Origin: an uncultured Chloroflexia bacterium
GTDB lineage: Bacteria; Chloroflexota; Limnocylindria; Limnocylindrales; CSP1-4
Reading direction: 5' to 3'
Assembly (NCBI GenBank): GCA_963768655.1
Contig: CAVYIM010000004.1
Coordinates: 480,001 to 544,000 of the forward strand
DNA length: 64,000 nt
Below the pieces are notes generated by a model. It was not told the DNA's origin and ran no database searches. It saw only the letters and a list, made by a program, of their open reading frames with translations. The position numbers and the translations under genes are program-made. Below are positions 9,398-19,691 of the stretch, one piece after another. The stretch's first letter is position 1. Every line of letters begins with the position of its first letter.

Positions 9398-10255
9398 ATG
9401 GCGGTCATGAAAGACTCGAAATCGACGCCGCAGCTCGCTCTCCCCTTCGCCAACCGCGCGCTGATGCCACGGCGCCGCCGGCTCCGGCCGGGCAGGGTCG
9501 CGATCATCCGCCTGTACGGGACGATCGGCGGCGGAGGTCGGGCGGCCGACTGGGTCGAGATCGTCAAGGAGCTGGGCCGCCGCAAGAGCGTGCCGGCGGT
9601 CGTGCTCGACATCGATTCACCGGGCGGCTCCGCCTCCGCCTCGGACTACCTGTACCTCGCCCTCAGGCGATTGGCCGAGAAGAAGCCGCTCGTGGCCCAC
9701 GTCCGTGGAACCGGCGCGTCGGGCTCGTACCTCGCCGCCATGGCCGCGCGGCGGATCATCGTCGCCCCGTCGTCGGTGGTGGGCTCGATCGGCGTCATCT
9801 CCGCGGGCCCGCGCCTGCCGAAGCTGCTCGACCGCCTCGGCGTGCGCGTCGAGGAGCATCGCGCCGGGCGTCTCAAGGGCATGGGTGCGCCGTGGCGCGA
9901 CGAGACCGACGAGGAGGGAAGCCGCGAGCAGCAGCTCGTCGACGCGTTCTATGAGCGGTTCGTGGATCGCGTCGTCGCCGGTCGCGGGCTGGAGCGGGCT
10001 CGCGTGCTCGAGCTGGCCACGGGCGAGGTCTGGCTCGGCAGCGAAGCGGTGCACCTGGGCCTGGCGGACGCCATCGGCGACCTGGAGGACGCGATCGAGG
10101 CAGCGGCCGCGATGGCGGGCGTGCCGGCCGAGGCCTCGCCCGTTCGGCTTCGTCGTCCGATGCTGGCCCGTCTTGCCGATCGGTTCGCGACGCGGCTCGC
10201 GACCTCGATAGCGGACGAGGTGGAGGCTCGGCTGCTGCGCGATCGCTTCATGTGA
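9398..10255 (+). CDS. sppA: S49 family peptidase (SppA, 36K type)
   Basis: IDSPGGS, ASGSYL, VGSIGVI, YERFVDRV..GR, TGEVWLG..GLADAIG. Confidence 0.88.
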   Translation: MAVMKDSKSTPQLALPFANRALMPRRRRLRPGRVAIIRLYGTIGGGGRAADWVEIVKELGRRKSVPAVVLDIDSPGGSASASDYLYLALRRLAEKKPLVAHVRGTGASGSYLAAMAARRIIVAPSSVVGSIGVISAGPRLPKLLDRLGVRVEEHRAGRLKGMGAPWRDETDEEGSREQQLVDAFYERFVDRVVAGRGLERARVLELATGEVWLGSEAVHLGLADAIGDLEDAIEAAAAMAGVPAEASPVRLRRPMLARLADRFATRLATSIADEVEARLLRDRFM

Positions 10256-10531
10256 GACGACCGCAGGTGGTTGGGATCAGCGGTCCGGAACGGCTACTGA
10301 CAGGTGAAGAAGGCCGTGAACGGCACGTCGTCGGTGCTGCCGGAGACGGTGCCGCTCGCCTGGTCGGCCGCTATCGTGACCCGGGCCCCGTTCGCACGGT
10401 CCCGCTCGCCGGCACACGTAAGTGGACCGGGTCGTCTGCTGGAGGTCGACGACCTGGGCGGTGAGAGAGATCCGAGCGCCGCTGCCGGTCGGGAGTCAGA
10501 CTCGGCGTCTCGGCATTTTGGGAGGATCGAC

Positions 10532-11734
10532 ATGAGGAAGGCCGCTGCCGGCGCAGCTCTTGTTGTTGTCGGCGTCGTCGTGATGGCCTGCGCGTCTGGC
10601 ATCCCGACACCTTCAGGGCGTGGAACGGCGATCGTGTCCACGAGCCCTCGCGCGACTGCTCCGAATGCCACCGCCTCGGCCGCGGTGCTTCCCGCGGCTT
10701 CACCGACGCCGGAGAGCGGCAAGTTCGCGGCAACCGGAGCGATGATCGACGCCCGATACGGCGCAACGGCGACGAGGCTCGAGGACGGGCGGGTCCTCAT
10801 CGCCGGTGGACAGGACTCGAACGGGAACCTCGCCACCTGCGAGCTCTTCGATCCGACGACCGGATCGTTCGTCGCCACAGGCTCGATGGCCGTCGCGAGA
10901 AGCGGCCATACTGCCACTCTCCTGCCCAACGGGCGAGTTCTCATTGCCGGTGGCAACACAGCGTCGGCCGAGCTGTACGACCCGAAGACCGGCACGTTCA
11001 GCCCCACCGGCTCGATGAGCACAGAACGGACGGACCACGGCGCGGCGCTCCTGCCCAACGGGCGAGTGCTCATCGTCGGAGGCGTCGGGGCGGGTTCGAT
11101 GCTCGCCTCCGCCGAGGTGTACGACCCGGCGACCGGCACCTTCCGCCCAACCGGTTCGATGCACAAGCCGCGCGGGCAATCGATGGACCAGCCGCCCGAC
11201 AGCCAGGCCGCCATCCTCCTCCATGACGGTCGTGTTCTGGTCGTTCTGGGTCGATCGGACAGCCCTGCCGATGGAGCGTCTCTCGAGGTGTACGACCCGT
11301 CGACGGGCAAGTTCACGCTCACTGGCCGGATGAAAACCGAGCGCCAGGACTACTCGGCGACGCTGCTGGCCGATGGTCGAGTCCTCGTAGCCGGGGGCGA
11401 CAATGGCGACACCGTAGCCTCGGCCGAGCTCTTCGATCCCGCCACAGGCAGGTTCAGCCCCGCCGGATCGATGAACCAGGCTCGTTTTGACCAGGCAGCC
11501 GTATTGCTCGCCGACGGACGCCTCATCGGTGGCGAGACCGGCGCCAACGACGGGGAAAGCGTGACGTCGTGTGAACTCTACGACCCGAGGACGGGCAGGT
11601 TCACCACGACGGATTCGATCGACCGAATCGACCCTACCGTAGCGCTGTTGGCCGACGGCCGCGTCCTTGTGGCGGGAGGCATCGGCAACGACTTCCCGGC
11701 CGGCACGACCTCCGCGCTGATCTACCAGCCCTGA
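10532..11734 (+). CDS. Kelch-repeat lipoprotein
   Basis: Signal peptide ending VMAC, Pro/Thr linker, repeated ATLLxDGRVLIAGG..SAELYDPxTGxF. Confidence 0.9.
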   Translation: MRKAAAGAALVVVGVVVMACASGIPTPSGRGTAIVSTSPRATAPNATASAAVLPAASPTPESGKFAATGAMIDARYGATATRLEDGRVLIAGGQDSNGNLATCELFDPTTGSFVATGSMAVARSGHTATLLPNGRVLIAGGNTASAELYDPKTGTFSPTGSMSTERTDHGAALLPNGRVLIVGGVGAGSMLASAEVYDPATGTFRPTGSMHKPRGQSMDQPPDSQAAILLHDGRVLVVLGRSDSPADGASLEVYDPSTGKFTLTGRMKTERQDYSATLLADGRVLVAGGDNGDTVASAELFDPATGRFSPAGSMNQARFDQAAVLLADGRLIGGETGANDGESVTSCELYDPRTGRFTTTDSIDRIDPTVALLADGRVLVAGGIGNDFPAGTTSALIYQP

Positions 11735-11783
11735 CCGACCAGAGGCGATCGACACCGGCACGTCTTCTTGTGCGTGGGCAGCC

Positions 11784-12002
11784 TCAATCCCTGGATAGGA
11801 TCAGCCTGACCCGATCGACGTTGTTCGGATACAGATCGGCAGGCACACACGACTTCCCAAGCTGCTTGAAGACCATGTGCCTGGCGCATTGGCTGTTGTC
11901 GCCCAGGCAGTATCTCTTCTTGAACAGGACGGCGACGCCGGCCATGTCCTTCATCTGGTCGTTGAAGAAGAGACAGCCACCGAGACATTCGCATTCGGCC
12001 AC
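11784..12002 (-). CDS. Small Cys-rich conserved hypothetical protein
   Basis: CECLGGCLFFNDQM..KKRYCLGDNSQCARHMV..VPADLYPN. Confidence 0.75.
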   Translation of the reverse strand: MAECECLGGCLFFNDQMKDMAGVAVLFKKRYCLGDNSQCARHMVFKQLGKSCVPADLYPNNVDRVRLILSRD

Positions 12003-12416
12003 CAGAATTACCCCCTACGGATTCCGTCCGTCTAGGTTTCGGCTTCCCAGTAGTGGGACTCAAGTCGGCCGGTTGGGCGCAGGCCGTGCACGGCGAACCC
12101 GGTCTCGGTCTCTGGATGAACGGTGCGGACGCCGACCACGCCAGAAATGGTGGGCGCCGGGCCTGGGGCGATGTCCGTGCGGAATTGTCCGCGCTTCTAT
12201 GCCGCCAAGGCGGGCGGCCGCGACCGCGTCATCGTGGATGATGAAGCGCCGGCCGGGCCAATTGGCTCCGTCGGTCGCGTCGGTCGCGGTGACCCGGGCG
12301 GGCGGCGACACGGGTGGCCGGCGCCGGCGGACGCGGCCTTTGACCGGCTGCCCAGTTGGCAAGGACCGGCCGGCAGCGTAGCCTGACCGGCACGAAACCC
12401 GCACTCTGGGGATCCC

Positions 12417-13319
12417 ATGCCATACGGACTCGGCCGCGTTCCATCTCCTGTCGACGCGCGTGACCACAGCCTGGCGCTTCACGCGCCGGCGGTCGCCGCG
12501 GCGGCTCCGCTTTCGTCGTACGCGCCGCGCTTCCTGTGGACCGTGCTGGACCAGGACGGCCTGCCGGCGTGCGTCGGCTATTCCGGCGCCCTCGGGCGCC
12601 AGATCGAGACCATGCTCGAGGCATCGGAGGCGCTCAACTTCGATCCCGACGACCTGTACAAGCTGTGCAAGCAGCAGGATGGCTCGCCGAACACGGACGG
12701 CACGTTCATCCGAGTCGCCTGCAAGGTGCTCAAGTCGCAGGGGGGCCTGATCAAGGCCGTCCTGCCGGGGCTGACCCCGGAACAGGCTCGTGCCGTCGCC
12801 CGGGCCCAGGCGCCGGCGCCACAGCCGGCTGCGGGGCAGCAGGGCTCAACTGGGCCGGCCTCCGGCGTTCCGGCCTCGGGCGTTCCCTCGAGCGAGAAAG
12901 CCGACGCCATCATGGCGCTGATCGCCTGGATCGAAGGGTGGCGGCGACCTCAGGCCGGCCCGTCTGCCCCTCCGGCGCCCGTCCACGTCGGCGAGCGAAT
13001 CAAGATTGCCGCATACGCGCGACTGCGGACGCTGACGGAGGTGAAGCAGACCATCGCCGCTTACGGCGATGCCTGGATCGGCAGCCCCTGGAGCAAAGCC
13101 TGGTTCACGCCCGGGCCCGACGGCGTGCTACCGGCGCCGGATCAGTCCGCCGGAGGTCACGCCTACAAGTTCGTCGGCTACGACGACTCGAAGAGCGCTT
13201 TCCTGATGCAGAACTCGTGGGGATCGAGCTGGGGGTTGCTCGGCCACGCCTGGATGCCCTACCAGTACGTGTTGCTCGGCGACACGATCGAATGGGAGGC
13301 CTGGCAGACGTTCTCGTGA
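12417..13319 (+). CDS. Papain-like C1 family cysteine peptidase
   Basis: DQxxxxACVG (Gln/Cys), GGHA (His), QNSWGSSWGxxGHAW (Asn). Confidence 0.88.
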   Translation: MPYGLGRVPSPVDARDHSLALHAPAVAAAAPLSSYAPRFLWTVLDQDGLPACVGYSGALGRQIETMLEASEALNFDPDDLYKLCKQQDGSPNTDGTFIRVACKVLKSQGGLIKAVLPGLTPEQARAVARAQAPAPQPAAGQQGSTGPASGVPASGVPSSEKADAIMALIAWIEGWRRPQAGPSAPPAPVHVGERIKIAAYARLRTLTEVKQTIAAYGDAWIGSPWSKAWFTPGPDGVLPAPDQSAGGHAYKFVGYDDSKSAFLMQNSWGSSWGLLGHAWMPYQYVLLGDTIEWEAWQTFS

Positions 13320-13364
13320 AACGTGCGGCCGATGGCCGAGGCGCAGTGGTTATGAGGCGATCCG

Positions 13365-14360
13365 ATGGACGAGGCGAGGTTCCGGGAGCGGCTTCAGGCG
13401 AGACATATCGGGGCTGAGGAGATCGACCGATCCGTTGCCATCGTGCGCCGGTTCGAGGAGTTCCTGCAGCAGTATCGCCCGGCGGCGACCGCAGATCGGG
13501 CCACGGCCGGGGACGTCGAGCGGTTCGTCGAGGAGCTTGCACCCACGTCCGATGTCTCTGCTGACGATCTCCTGGCGATCGCTCGCTATTCGCTCCTCAC
13601 GCACAACGACCAGGTGCTCGTCGCAGTGCTCGAGCGCATTGACGGCGCCGACGTTCCCGCGAATCTCACGCGCAAGCTCGCCGAGCTCGCCGGCGACGAG
13701 TGCCGAGACGACGTGTTCGCCGGGCTGGAGACGCCGGCGATCGGGGCGACGCCCGTCGAGAAGAACGCGTTCATGCGGCAACTGATCGAGCGGCTGACAG
13801 GCCGGGTCGACGACGCCACCGTCTCCGCGGTTCTCACGAGCGGGCTCCACTACGTGCCTAAGGAGAGCTTCGCGGAGGAGCGGGAACGCTACCTGGCCGC
13901 ACCCGACATCGACTCGTTCATCGAGCAAGAGCACCGCCGCTACATCGAATTCCTGGCCGGGCTCAAGGACGCGGGCGCTCTCTACTACACGCAGCCGATC
14001 ACCGACGACGTGCTCGCCTGGGTCCGCGACACGCCCAGCTGCGGTCCCGGCCTACGCGCCGGCGCCGAGATCCACGTCACGAAGATCCCGTACCAGGCGG
14101 ACAGGTACCTGCACGAGACGGACGAGGTCCGCAGGCGCAACCTCTGCTGCCACTGCCCGTGGGCACGCGAGTCGATCCTCCATCCCGGCACCGAAGTGCC
14201 GTCCCGTTTCTGCCAGTGCAGCGCGGGATTCGAGAAGCAGTACTGGGACGCCGTGCTCGACCAGCCCGTCCGGGTCGACGTGGTGAAGTCGGCCCTGCAG
14301 GGCGATCTCCTCTGCGAGTTCGTCGTCCTCCTGCCCGCAGACGTAGTCCGGGCGGACTGA
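13365..14360 (+). CDS. Hypothetical protein with DUF6144/V4R-like Cys-rich C-terminus
   Basis: CHCPWARES..FCQCSAGF..W..VLDQPVRVDVVKSALQGDLLCEF. Confidence 0.7.
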   Translation: MDEARFRERLQARHIGAEEIDRSVAIVRRFEEFLQQYRPAATADRATAGDVERFVEELAPTSDVSADDLLAIARYSLLTHNDQVLVAVLERIDGADVPANLTRKLAELAGDECRDDVFAGLETPAIGATPVEKNAFMRQLIERLTGRVDDATVSAVLTSGLHYVPKESFAEERERYLAAPDIDSFIEQEHRRYIEFLAGLKDAGALYYTQPITDDVLAWVRDTPSCGPGLRAGAEIHVTKIPYQADRYLHETDEVRRRNLCCHCPWARESILHPGTEVPSRFCQCSAGFEKQYWDAVLDQPVRVDVVKSALQGDLLCEFVVLLPADVVRAD

Positions 14361-14434
14361 CGGCGGTCAACGGGGCGCCCGGCCTGGGCTGGGCCGCGCC
14401 GGGAGGCGCAGGCCGCCAGTACTTGGCCCGACCG

Positions 14435-15871
14435 TCAACCGGCGGTCGGCACTCCGAGCCAGAAGCGGGTTCCGTCATCATTCGGGAAGAGGAAGCCCGT
14501 CGGCCCCAACGCCCCGCCGGACAGCACCGAATCGTCGGTTGGTGGTGGGTCTCCGGTCTGGTTGAGCTTGAGCAGCTTCAAGTTGCTGTCGAAAGCCCAG
14601 ATGTGCCCGCTTATGAGGATCCCATGCTGGCCGCTCGAGTAGAGCCAACCGCAAGGGTCTGCCGTCCACTCGGCGCTCACGCTTGTCCAGGACCGACCGT
14701 CGATGGAGGTCCAGGCGGAGCACGTCCCGGGGCCGGGCGTCTCGTCGGTCGCGAGCAGCGCGTGGTCGCTGATGCGCTGGACCGAGATGAGGTCCTCCGC
14801 CGAGGCTCCATTCACCTTGCCGCGCGTCCACGTGGTCCCGTCGGCCGACCACCATGTGGCGACCGCCGCAACCTCGGGATTGCCGCATTCGTCGGTACCC
14901 TTCCCGAACACAACCCCGTTCAGGACGAAGCCGCCTGAGAACGAGACCGCGCCGCCGACCGCGGTGTTCTTGAAGGTCGCGCCCGAGAGATCGGCTTGTC
15001 GCCATGTCAGCCCGTCGGTTTAGATCCACACAGCGTCGTGACCCCCGATGTTGCCGAGGGCGACATGACCGCTGGAGCTGCCCGAGATGTCGGAGACATA
15101 CCCTCTCGGGAAGGCGCTCGCGAGGTCCAGTCGATGCCAGGTTGCCCCGCCGTCGACTGATCTCCACCATGCATCCGGCCCCGGCCACGACGGGCATTCA
15201 CCTATCCCCCTCCTAGACCACACGAGCCCGGCCGCCAAGAGGCTGCCGGGTCCCTCGGCGAGGTACTCGACATAGACGAAGTAGTCCTCGTCTGAGGTGT
15301 CCCCGATCACCATCCCGGACGTGTCCAGAGCCTTCGCTGCGTGCCAATGCAGCCCATCGGCCGAGTACCACGGCACGAGAGTGGTCGTGTCCGGCTTGGA
15401 CACGAAGTCGAGATAGCCGCCGCTCCAGCCATAAAGGTCGAAGTTGCTCATCGGGTCGTCGTCATACGACCCCACCGGCGACACCACCGGCACGGTCGGC
15501 GCGTGTCCGCCCGGTACGGCGATCCAGTTCATTCCCGTCCAGTTTCCTGACGGCGCCGGCCCGACGCTTGGCAGAGGACCCTTGGGAGCGGTCGGCTCCG
15601 GAGTGTCGGTGGGCTCGGGCGTGTCAGTGGCGGTCGCGCTGAGGGTAGGGCTCGGCGAAACGACGGGCGTCTCAGTAGGCGACGCGGTAGGTGTGGCCAC
15701 CGGGGTCTCGGTAGGCGTCGCGACGGCGGGCGGCGTGGGTTCAGTTGTCGGGCTCGGAGTGGCTGCCGCGGTGCAGGCCGCCAGGCTGCCGCTGGTCAGA
15801 AAGACGGCCAGGAGCCGCGCTGCCCTGGCGTAGTTCCGGCGACCGCCGGATGACCCTGGGATCCTCTCCAT
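14435..15871 (-). pseudogene. Asp-box (BNR) repeat lipoprotein interrupted by in-frame TAA at 15020-15022
   Basis: Lipobox SLAAC, Pro/Thr linker, WxSxDGxxW repeats; both ORF-track pieces are in one frame (VWI*TDGLTW). Confidence 0.75.
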
Positions 15872-15994
15872 CTCTCCCCCAATCCGGCTCAGCTCGTGGA
15901 CCCGCTTGAGACTCCCGCCCCGGTCCGGCGGTGACGGCGGTGACGGCGGCCGAACGGACGGCCGAGGGCGGCCCGCGCCGGGAATCGCGGCCCT

Positions 15995-18541
15995 CTACGC
16001 GTCCGAGAGGACCCGCGCTACTGCGGTCATCAGCTCGTCACGGCCGAAAGGCTTGGCGATGAAGTGGAATGGGGCATCAGTCGTGATCGGGCCCAGGCCG
16101 GCGCCGTATCCCGACATCAGCACGACCCGCATCGAGGGCCGTTTCTGGAGCAACCTTTCCGCCAGCGCCTGGCCGTTGGCCCCGGGCATGATCAAGTCCG
16201 TGAGGAGCAGGTCGATCGGCGCGTCCAGGCCTTCGGCCAGGGCGATCGCCTCCGCCGGCGAGGCTGTGACCATGACCCGATACCCTGCCCGCTCCAGAGT
16301 AGAGACGACCAGTGCCCGGACCGCGGGCTCGTCCTCGACGACCAGGATCGTGGCCGCGGCGACGGTGTCCGAAACCACGGGCACGGGTCGGGCGAGTGGC
16401 TCAGGCGTGGCCTGGACGCGATGAAGCAGCACCGAGACCTTCGTCCCAGCGCCGGCCGTCGACTCTGCCCAGATCTCCCCGTTTGACTGGCGGACGATGC
16501 CGTAGACCGTGGCCAGCCCGAGACCCGTGCCCGCGCCGGCCTGCTTGGTGGTGAAGAAGGGCTCGAAGGCGTGAGCGAGCGTCTCGGCGTCCATGCCCAC
16601 GCCGGTGTCGACTACCGTCAGCAGCACAGCCGGACCGGACACGGAGCCCGACCCAAGGCCGTCCGCCTCGGGCACATGGCTCACTCCGATCTGGAGAGTC
16701 CCGCCCTCGGGCATCGCGTCCCGAGCGTTGATGGCCAGGTTCACCAGGACCTGCTCGAGCTGACCCGGGTCCGCCATGACGACCGCCGGCTCGCGGTCGT
16801 GCTTGAGCACGAGCTTGATCTGCTCGCCGATCAGCCGGTGAAGCATCTGGCCCACGCCGCCGACCACTTCGTTGAGATCCACGGGCCTCGGCGCCAGCAC
16901 CTGGCGACTGGCGAAGGCGAGCACCTGCCGCGTCAATTCCGCCGCCCGGGCCCCTGCCCGCCGGATCTCCCTGGCATCCTCGGCCAGCGGGCCGTCGCCC
17001 AGCTCGGTCACGAGCAGCTCGGCGTATCCGTTCACCGCCGTGAGCAGGTTGTTGAAGTCGTGCGCGATCCCGCCGGCGAGATGCCCCATCGCCTCCATGC
17101 GGGTGGCCTCGGCGAGCTGCGCCTCCAGCCGCCGCCGCTCGGTGACGTCGATGGCGGCGATTACGCGAGCCTTCCGTCCGTTGAACAGGATGTCGTGGCC
17201 GCTGACCTCGACATCGATGATCGTGCCGTCCTTGCGGCGGTGCCGCCAGAGATCGCTCGGCCGGTAGCCCTCGCCGGGTGCGGCGACGCTGGCGAGCATG
17301 GCGTCGATGTCCTCCGGCGGCCGAATGTCGGCCAGCGTCATCCCCAGGAACTCTTCTCGCGACCAGCCGTATCTGGCTACGGCGGCGTCGTTGACGGCCC
17401 CGAAGCGCAGCGTTTCGACGTCGAAGACCCACATCGGAATCGGGTTGCTTTCGAAGAGGTCCCGGAAGCGATGCTCGGACTCGCGCAGTGCCTCCTGGGC
17501 GGCGGCCTTCTCGCGCTCGGCCTCGAATTGATCGAGGGCGAAGGAGAGGTCGCCGGCCAGCTCCTCGAACAGGCGAACATCCTCGGCGTCGAAGTAGCCG
17601 GGCTGGCTCGAGTACAGAGCGAAGGCGCCGATGGGCTTGCCGCCCAGTCGCAGCGGAAAGGCGGCGGCGGTCCGGAAGCCATGGCCGGCCAGCTGCCCGC
17701 GCCATTGCGCCATTCGCTCGTCGCCCACGGCATCCTCGACGACGACGACCCGGTTCTCGCGGATCGCGCTGCCCACGGCCCCGCGGCCGGCCGGTTCGTC
17801 CCTGGTCGATACGACGACCCCATCCAGGACGGCCACGTCGAGGCCGGCTCGGGCGACCGTGAGTATTTCGCCGTTGGGCTCGACCAGGCCGATCCAGCAC
17901 AGTTCGAAGCCGCCCACTCCCGCGGCGATCCGGCAGGCATCCGCAAACAGGTCGTCGCGATCGTGGGCCCGGACGATCGCCTGGTTGGTCTCGCTCAGGA
18001 TGGCGTAGACGCGGTCCAGCTGGACTATTCGACGCGCTGCCTGGCGGAGTGCGGTGATGTCCCAGGCCGTCACCACGAAGCCCTTGACCGTGCCGTCGGG
18101 AGCCACATCCGGCTCCATCGCGACCTGCCGGTCCACGCTGACACCGTCCTCGACGAAGCTGACGATCTCCAGCATGGGTTGCCGCGTTGCCGCCGCCCGC
18201 ACGCCGAGCTCCCTCATCCAGCGGCTTCGGGTCGGTGGAATCCCCATCTCCTCCACAGTTCGGCCGATGACCTCGTCGAGCCGCAGGCCGAGCGCCTGAC
18301 TGAGGGCCGGCGTGGCGAACAGAACCCGGCCGTCCGGGCCGAAGTAGGCGATCTGGGCGCGTGTCAGCCGCAGGACAGTGCGCAGCTCAGGATCTGACAG
18401 GGCAGCGGCGTCAGCGGGCCCGGGGACGGGGAGGGGTGCGCCGTTCGCGGGCGCCGGCGCGGCGGCAGGAACGTCGTCAGGTTGGCCGCTTCCCCCTCCG
18501 GCGGCCCCGGTGGTGCGCTCGTGGCCTCCGCCTGCGCTCAC
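15995..18541 (-). CDS. Hybrid sensor histidine kinase PAS-GAF-PAS-HisKA-HATPase-REC
   Basis: LAGGIAHDFNNLL, NLAINARDAM, DTGVGM, FEPFFTTK, GTGLGL, C-terminal LVVEDE..DLLLTD..KPF. Confidence 0.95.
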   Translation of the reverse strand: MSAGGGHERTTGAAGGGSGQPDDVPAAAPAPANGAPLPVPGPADAAALSDPELRTVLRLTRAQIAYFGPDGRVLFATPALSQALGLRLDEVIGRTVEEMGIPPTRSRWMRELGVRAAATRQPMLEIVSFVEDGVSVDRQVAMEPDVAPDGTVKGFVVTAWDITALRQAARRIVQLDRVYAILSETNQAIVRAHDRDDLFADACRIAAGVGGFELCWIGLVEPNGEILTVARAGLDVAVLDGVVVSTRDEPAGRGAVGSAIRENRVVVVEDAVGDERMAQWRGQLAGHGFRTAAAFPLRLGGKPIGAFALYSSQPGYFDAEDVRLFEELAGDLSFALDQFEAEREKAAAQEALRESEHRFRDLFESNPIPMWVFDVETLRFGAVNDAAVARYGWSREEFLGMTLADIRPPEDIDAMLASVAAPGEGYRPSDLWRHRRKDGTIIDVEVSGHDILFNGRKARVIAAIDVTERRRLEAQLAEATRMEAMGHLAGGIAHDFNNLLTAVNGYAELLVTELGDGPLAEDAREIRRAGARAAELTRQVLAFASRQVLAPRPVDLNEVVGGVGQMLHRLIGEQIKLVLKHDREPAVVMADPGQLEQVLVNLAINARDAMPEGGTLQIGVSHVPEADGLGSGSVSGPAVLLTVVDTGVGMDAETLAHAFEPFFTTKQAGAGTGLGLATVYGIVRQSNGEIWAESTAGAGTKVSVLLHRVQATPEPLARPVPVVSDTVAAATILVVEDEPAVRALVVSTLERAGYRVMVTASPAEAIALAEGLDAPIDLLLTDLIMPGANGQALAERLLQKRPSMRVVLMSGYGAGLGPITTDAPFHFIAKPFGRDELMTAVARVLSDA

Positions 18542-18664
18542 AGGTCCTCTCCAGACATGCGGCTGCGCCCGCGTATACGGGCCACGATAGACGCCTCACG
18601 GGCACGCGGCAAGGACTCCGGTGGGAGGCCGCACCTGACGATGACGCCGAACGGGCAACGACCG

Positions 18665-19681
18665 TCAGGACCCGGCGACCGCCTTGAGGACGCGGCACGC
18701 CCGGAGCGTGACCCACTTGCTCGGCTGATTGGGCCGGTCTATGTCGATCGCCATCTTGCCCGCGTACGAGTACTTGTTCGGCCACCGACCATCTTCGTCC
18801 TGCCGGGCGACGACCCAGTCGATTGCCCGATCGAGGCGCCGATCGTCAGCCCTGCCGGCGTCGCACAGAGCCTCGAGCGTCTGCAGCAGGTCGGCGACGT
18901 ATCCGGACGGGAAGCCGAGCTTGAACCAGGCGCTCGCCGGCGCGGTGTTCGGGCCCATCGGGTAGTCGGCGACCGAGGGGTCGCGGCTCAGCAAGAAGGC
19001 CGCGCCCGCTTCGAGCGCACGCGCGACCGCCGGCGTCCGTCTCTCGGCGGGGATGCGAGCCAGTGCCAGAACGGCCTTCGTGGCTCCCCAGGCGCAGGGA
19101 TCGCCGTAGTTCATGCCGCAGCGGAAGCCCGGGCCCGCCGTGGTGGACCTGTAGTACGCGATCTCGCCCTCGCCGGTGATCGAGGCAGCCTGCCAGTCCA
19201 GCGAGCGCTGCACGCGCGGGTCGTCGAGCAGGCCGAAGCCGATCAGGGCCCTTAGCAGGTTGCCGTTCAGGCAATGCACCACGCCCGACGGCGCCGGTCT
19301 GGACAGCCCCGACGCCATCGCCCCGAAACCGCCGCCGATCGACTGCGAATGCTCGAGAACGTACTCGCAGGCCTTGCGAATCCGGGCGTCGCTGCCGTCC
19401 GCGCCGAGCTGGTCGAGGAAGATGACCTGCCACACCGTGCCGGTGTACTTGGGACCGTAGCCGTGTCCCGGCTTCGCCCACCAGCCCTCGGCGTTCTGGG
19501 CCGCCAGGATCGAGGCGATCGGATCGGCGCGCATCGCCGCGGCGCGGGCGGCGACCACTTCGGCGTCGTCGCCGCGCCTGTCCAGGAGCTGGCGCAGGGC
19601 CAGGTGCCGCACTGCCGGCGTCTCCTCCTCGAGCAGCCACGGCAGCGGGTCCGACTTGAGGCGATCCACCCATCCGCTCAC
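18665..19681 (-). CDS. Prenyltransferase/squalene-oxidase repeat protein
   Basis: QNAEGWW, QDEDGRW QW-like repeats; YGPKYTGTVW; PSKWVTLRA. Confidence 0.75.
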   Translation of the reverse strand: MSGWVDRLKSDPLPWLLEEETPAVRHLALRQLLDRRGDDAEVVAARAAAMRADPIASILAAQNAEGWWAKPGHGYGPKYTGTVWQVIFLDQLGADGSDARIRKACEYVLEHSQSIGGGFGAMASGLSRPAPSGVVHCLNGNLLRALIGFGLLDDPRVQRSLDWQAASITGEGEIAYYRSTTAGPGFRCGMNYGDPCAWGATKAVLALARIPAERRTPAVARALEAGAAFLLSRDPSVADYPMGPNTAPASAWFKLGFPSGYVADLLQTLEALCDAGRADDRRLDRAIDWVVARQDEDGRWPNKYSYAGKMAIDIDRPNQPSKWVTLRACRVLKAVAGS

Positions 19682-19691
19682 GGAGCGGAAT

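Noticed and set aside
15020-15022. Stop-codon recoding (Sec/Pyl)
   Set aside because: Codon is TAA at a Ser position; point mutation or error is simpler
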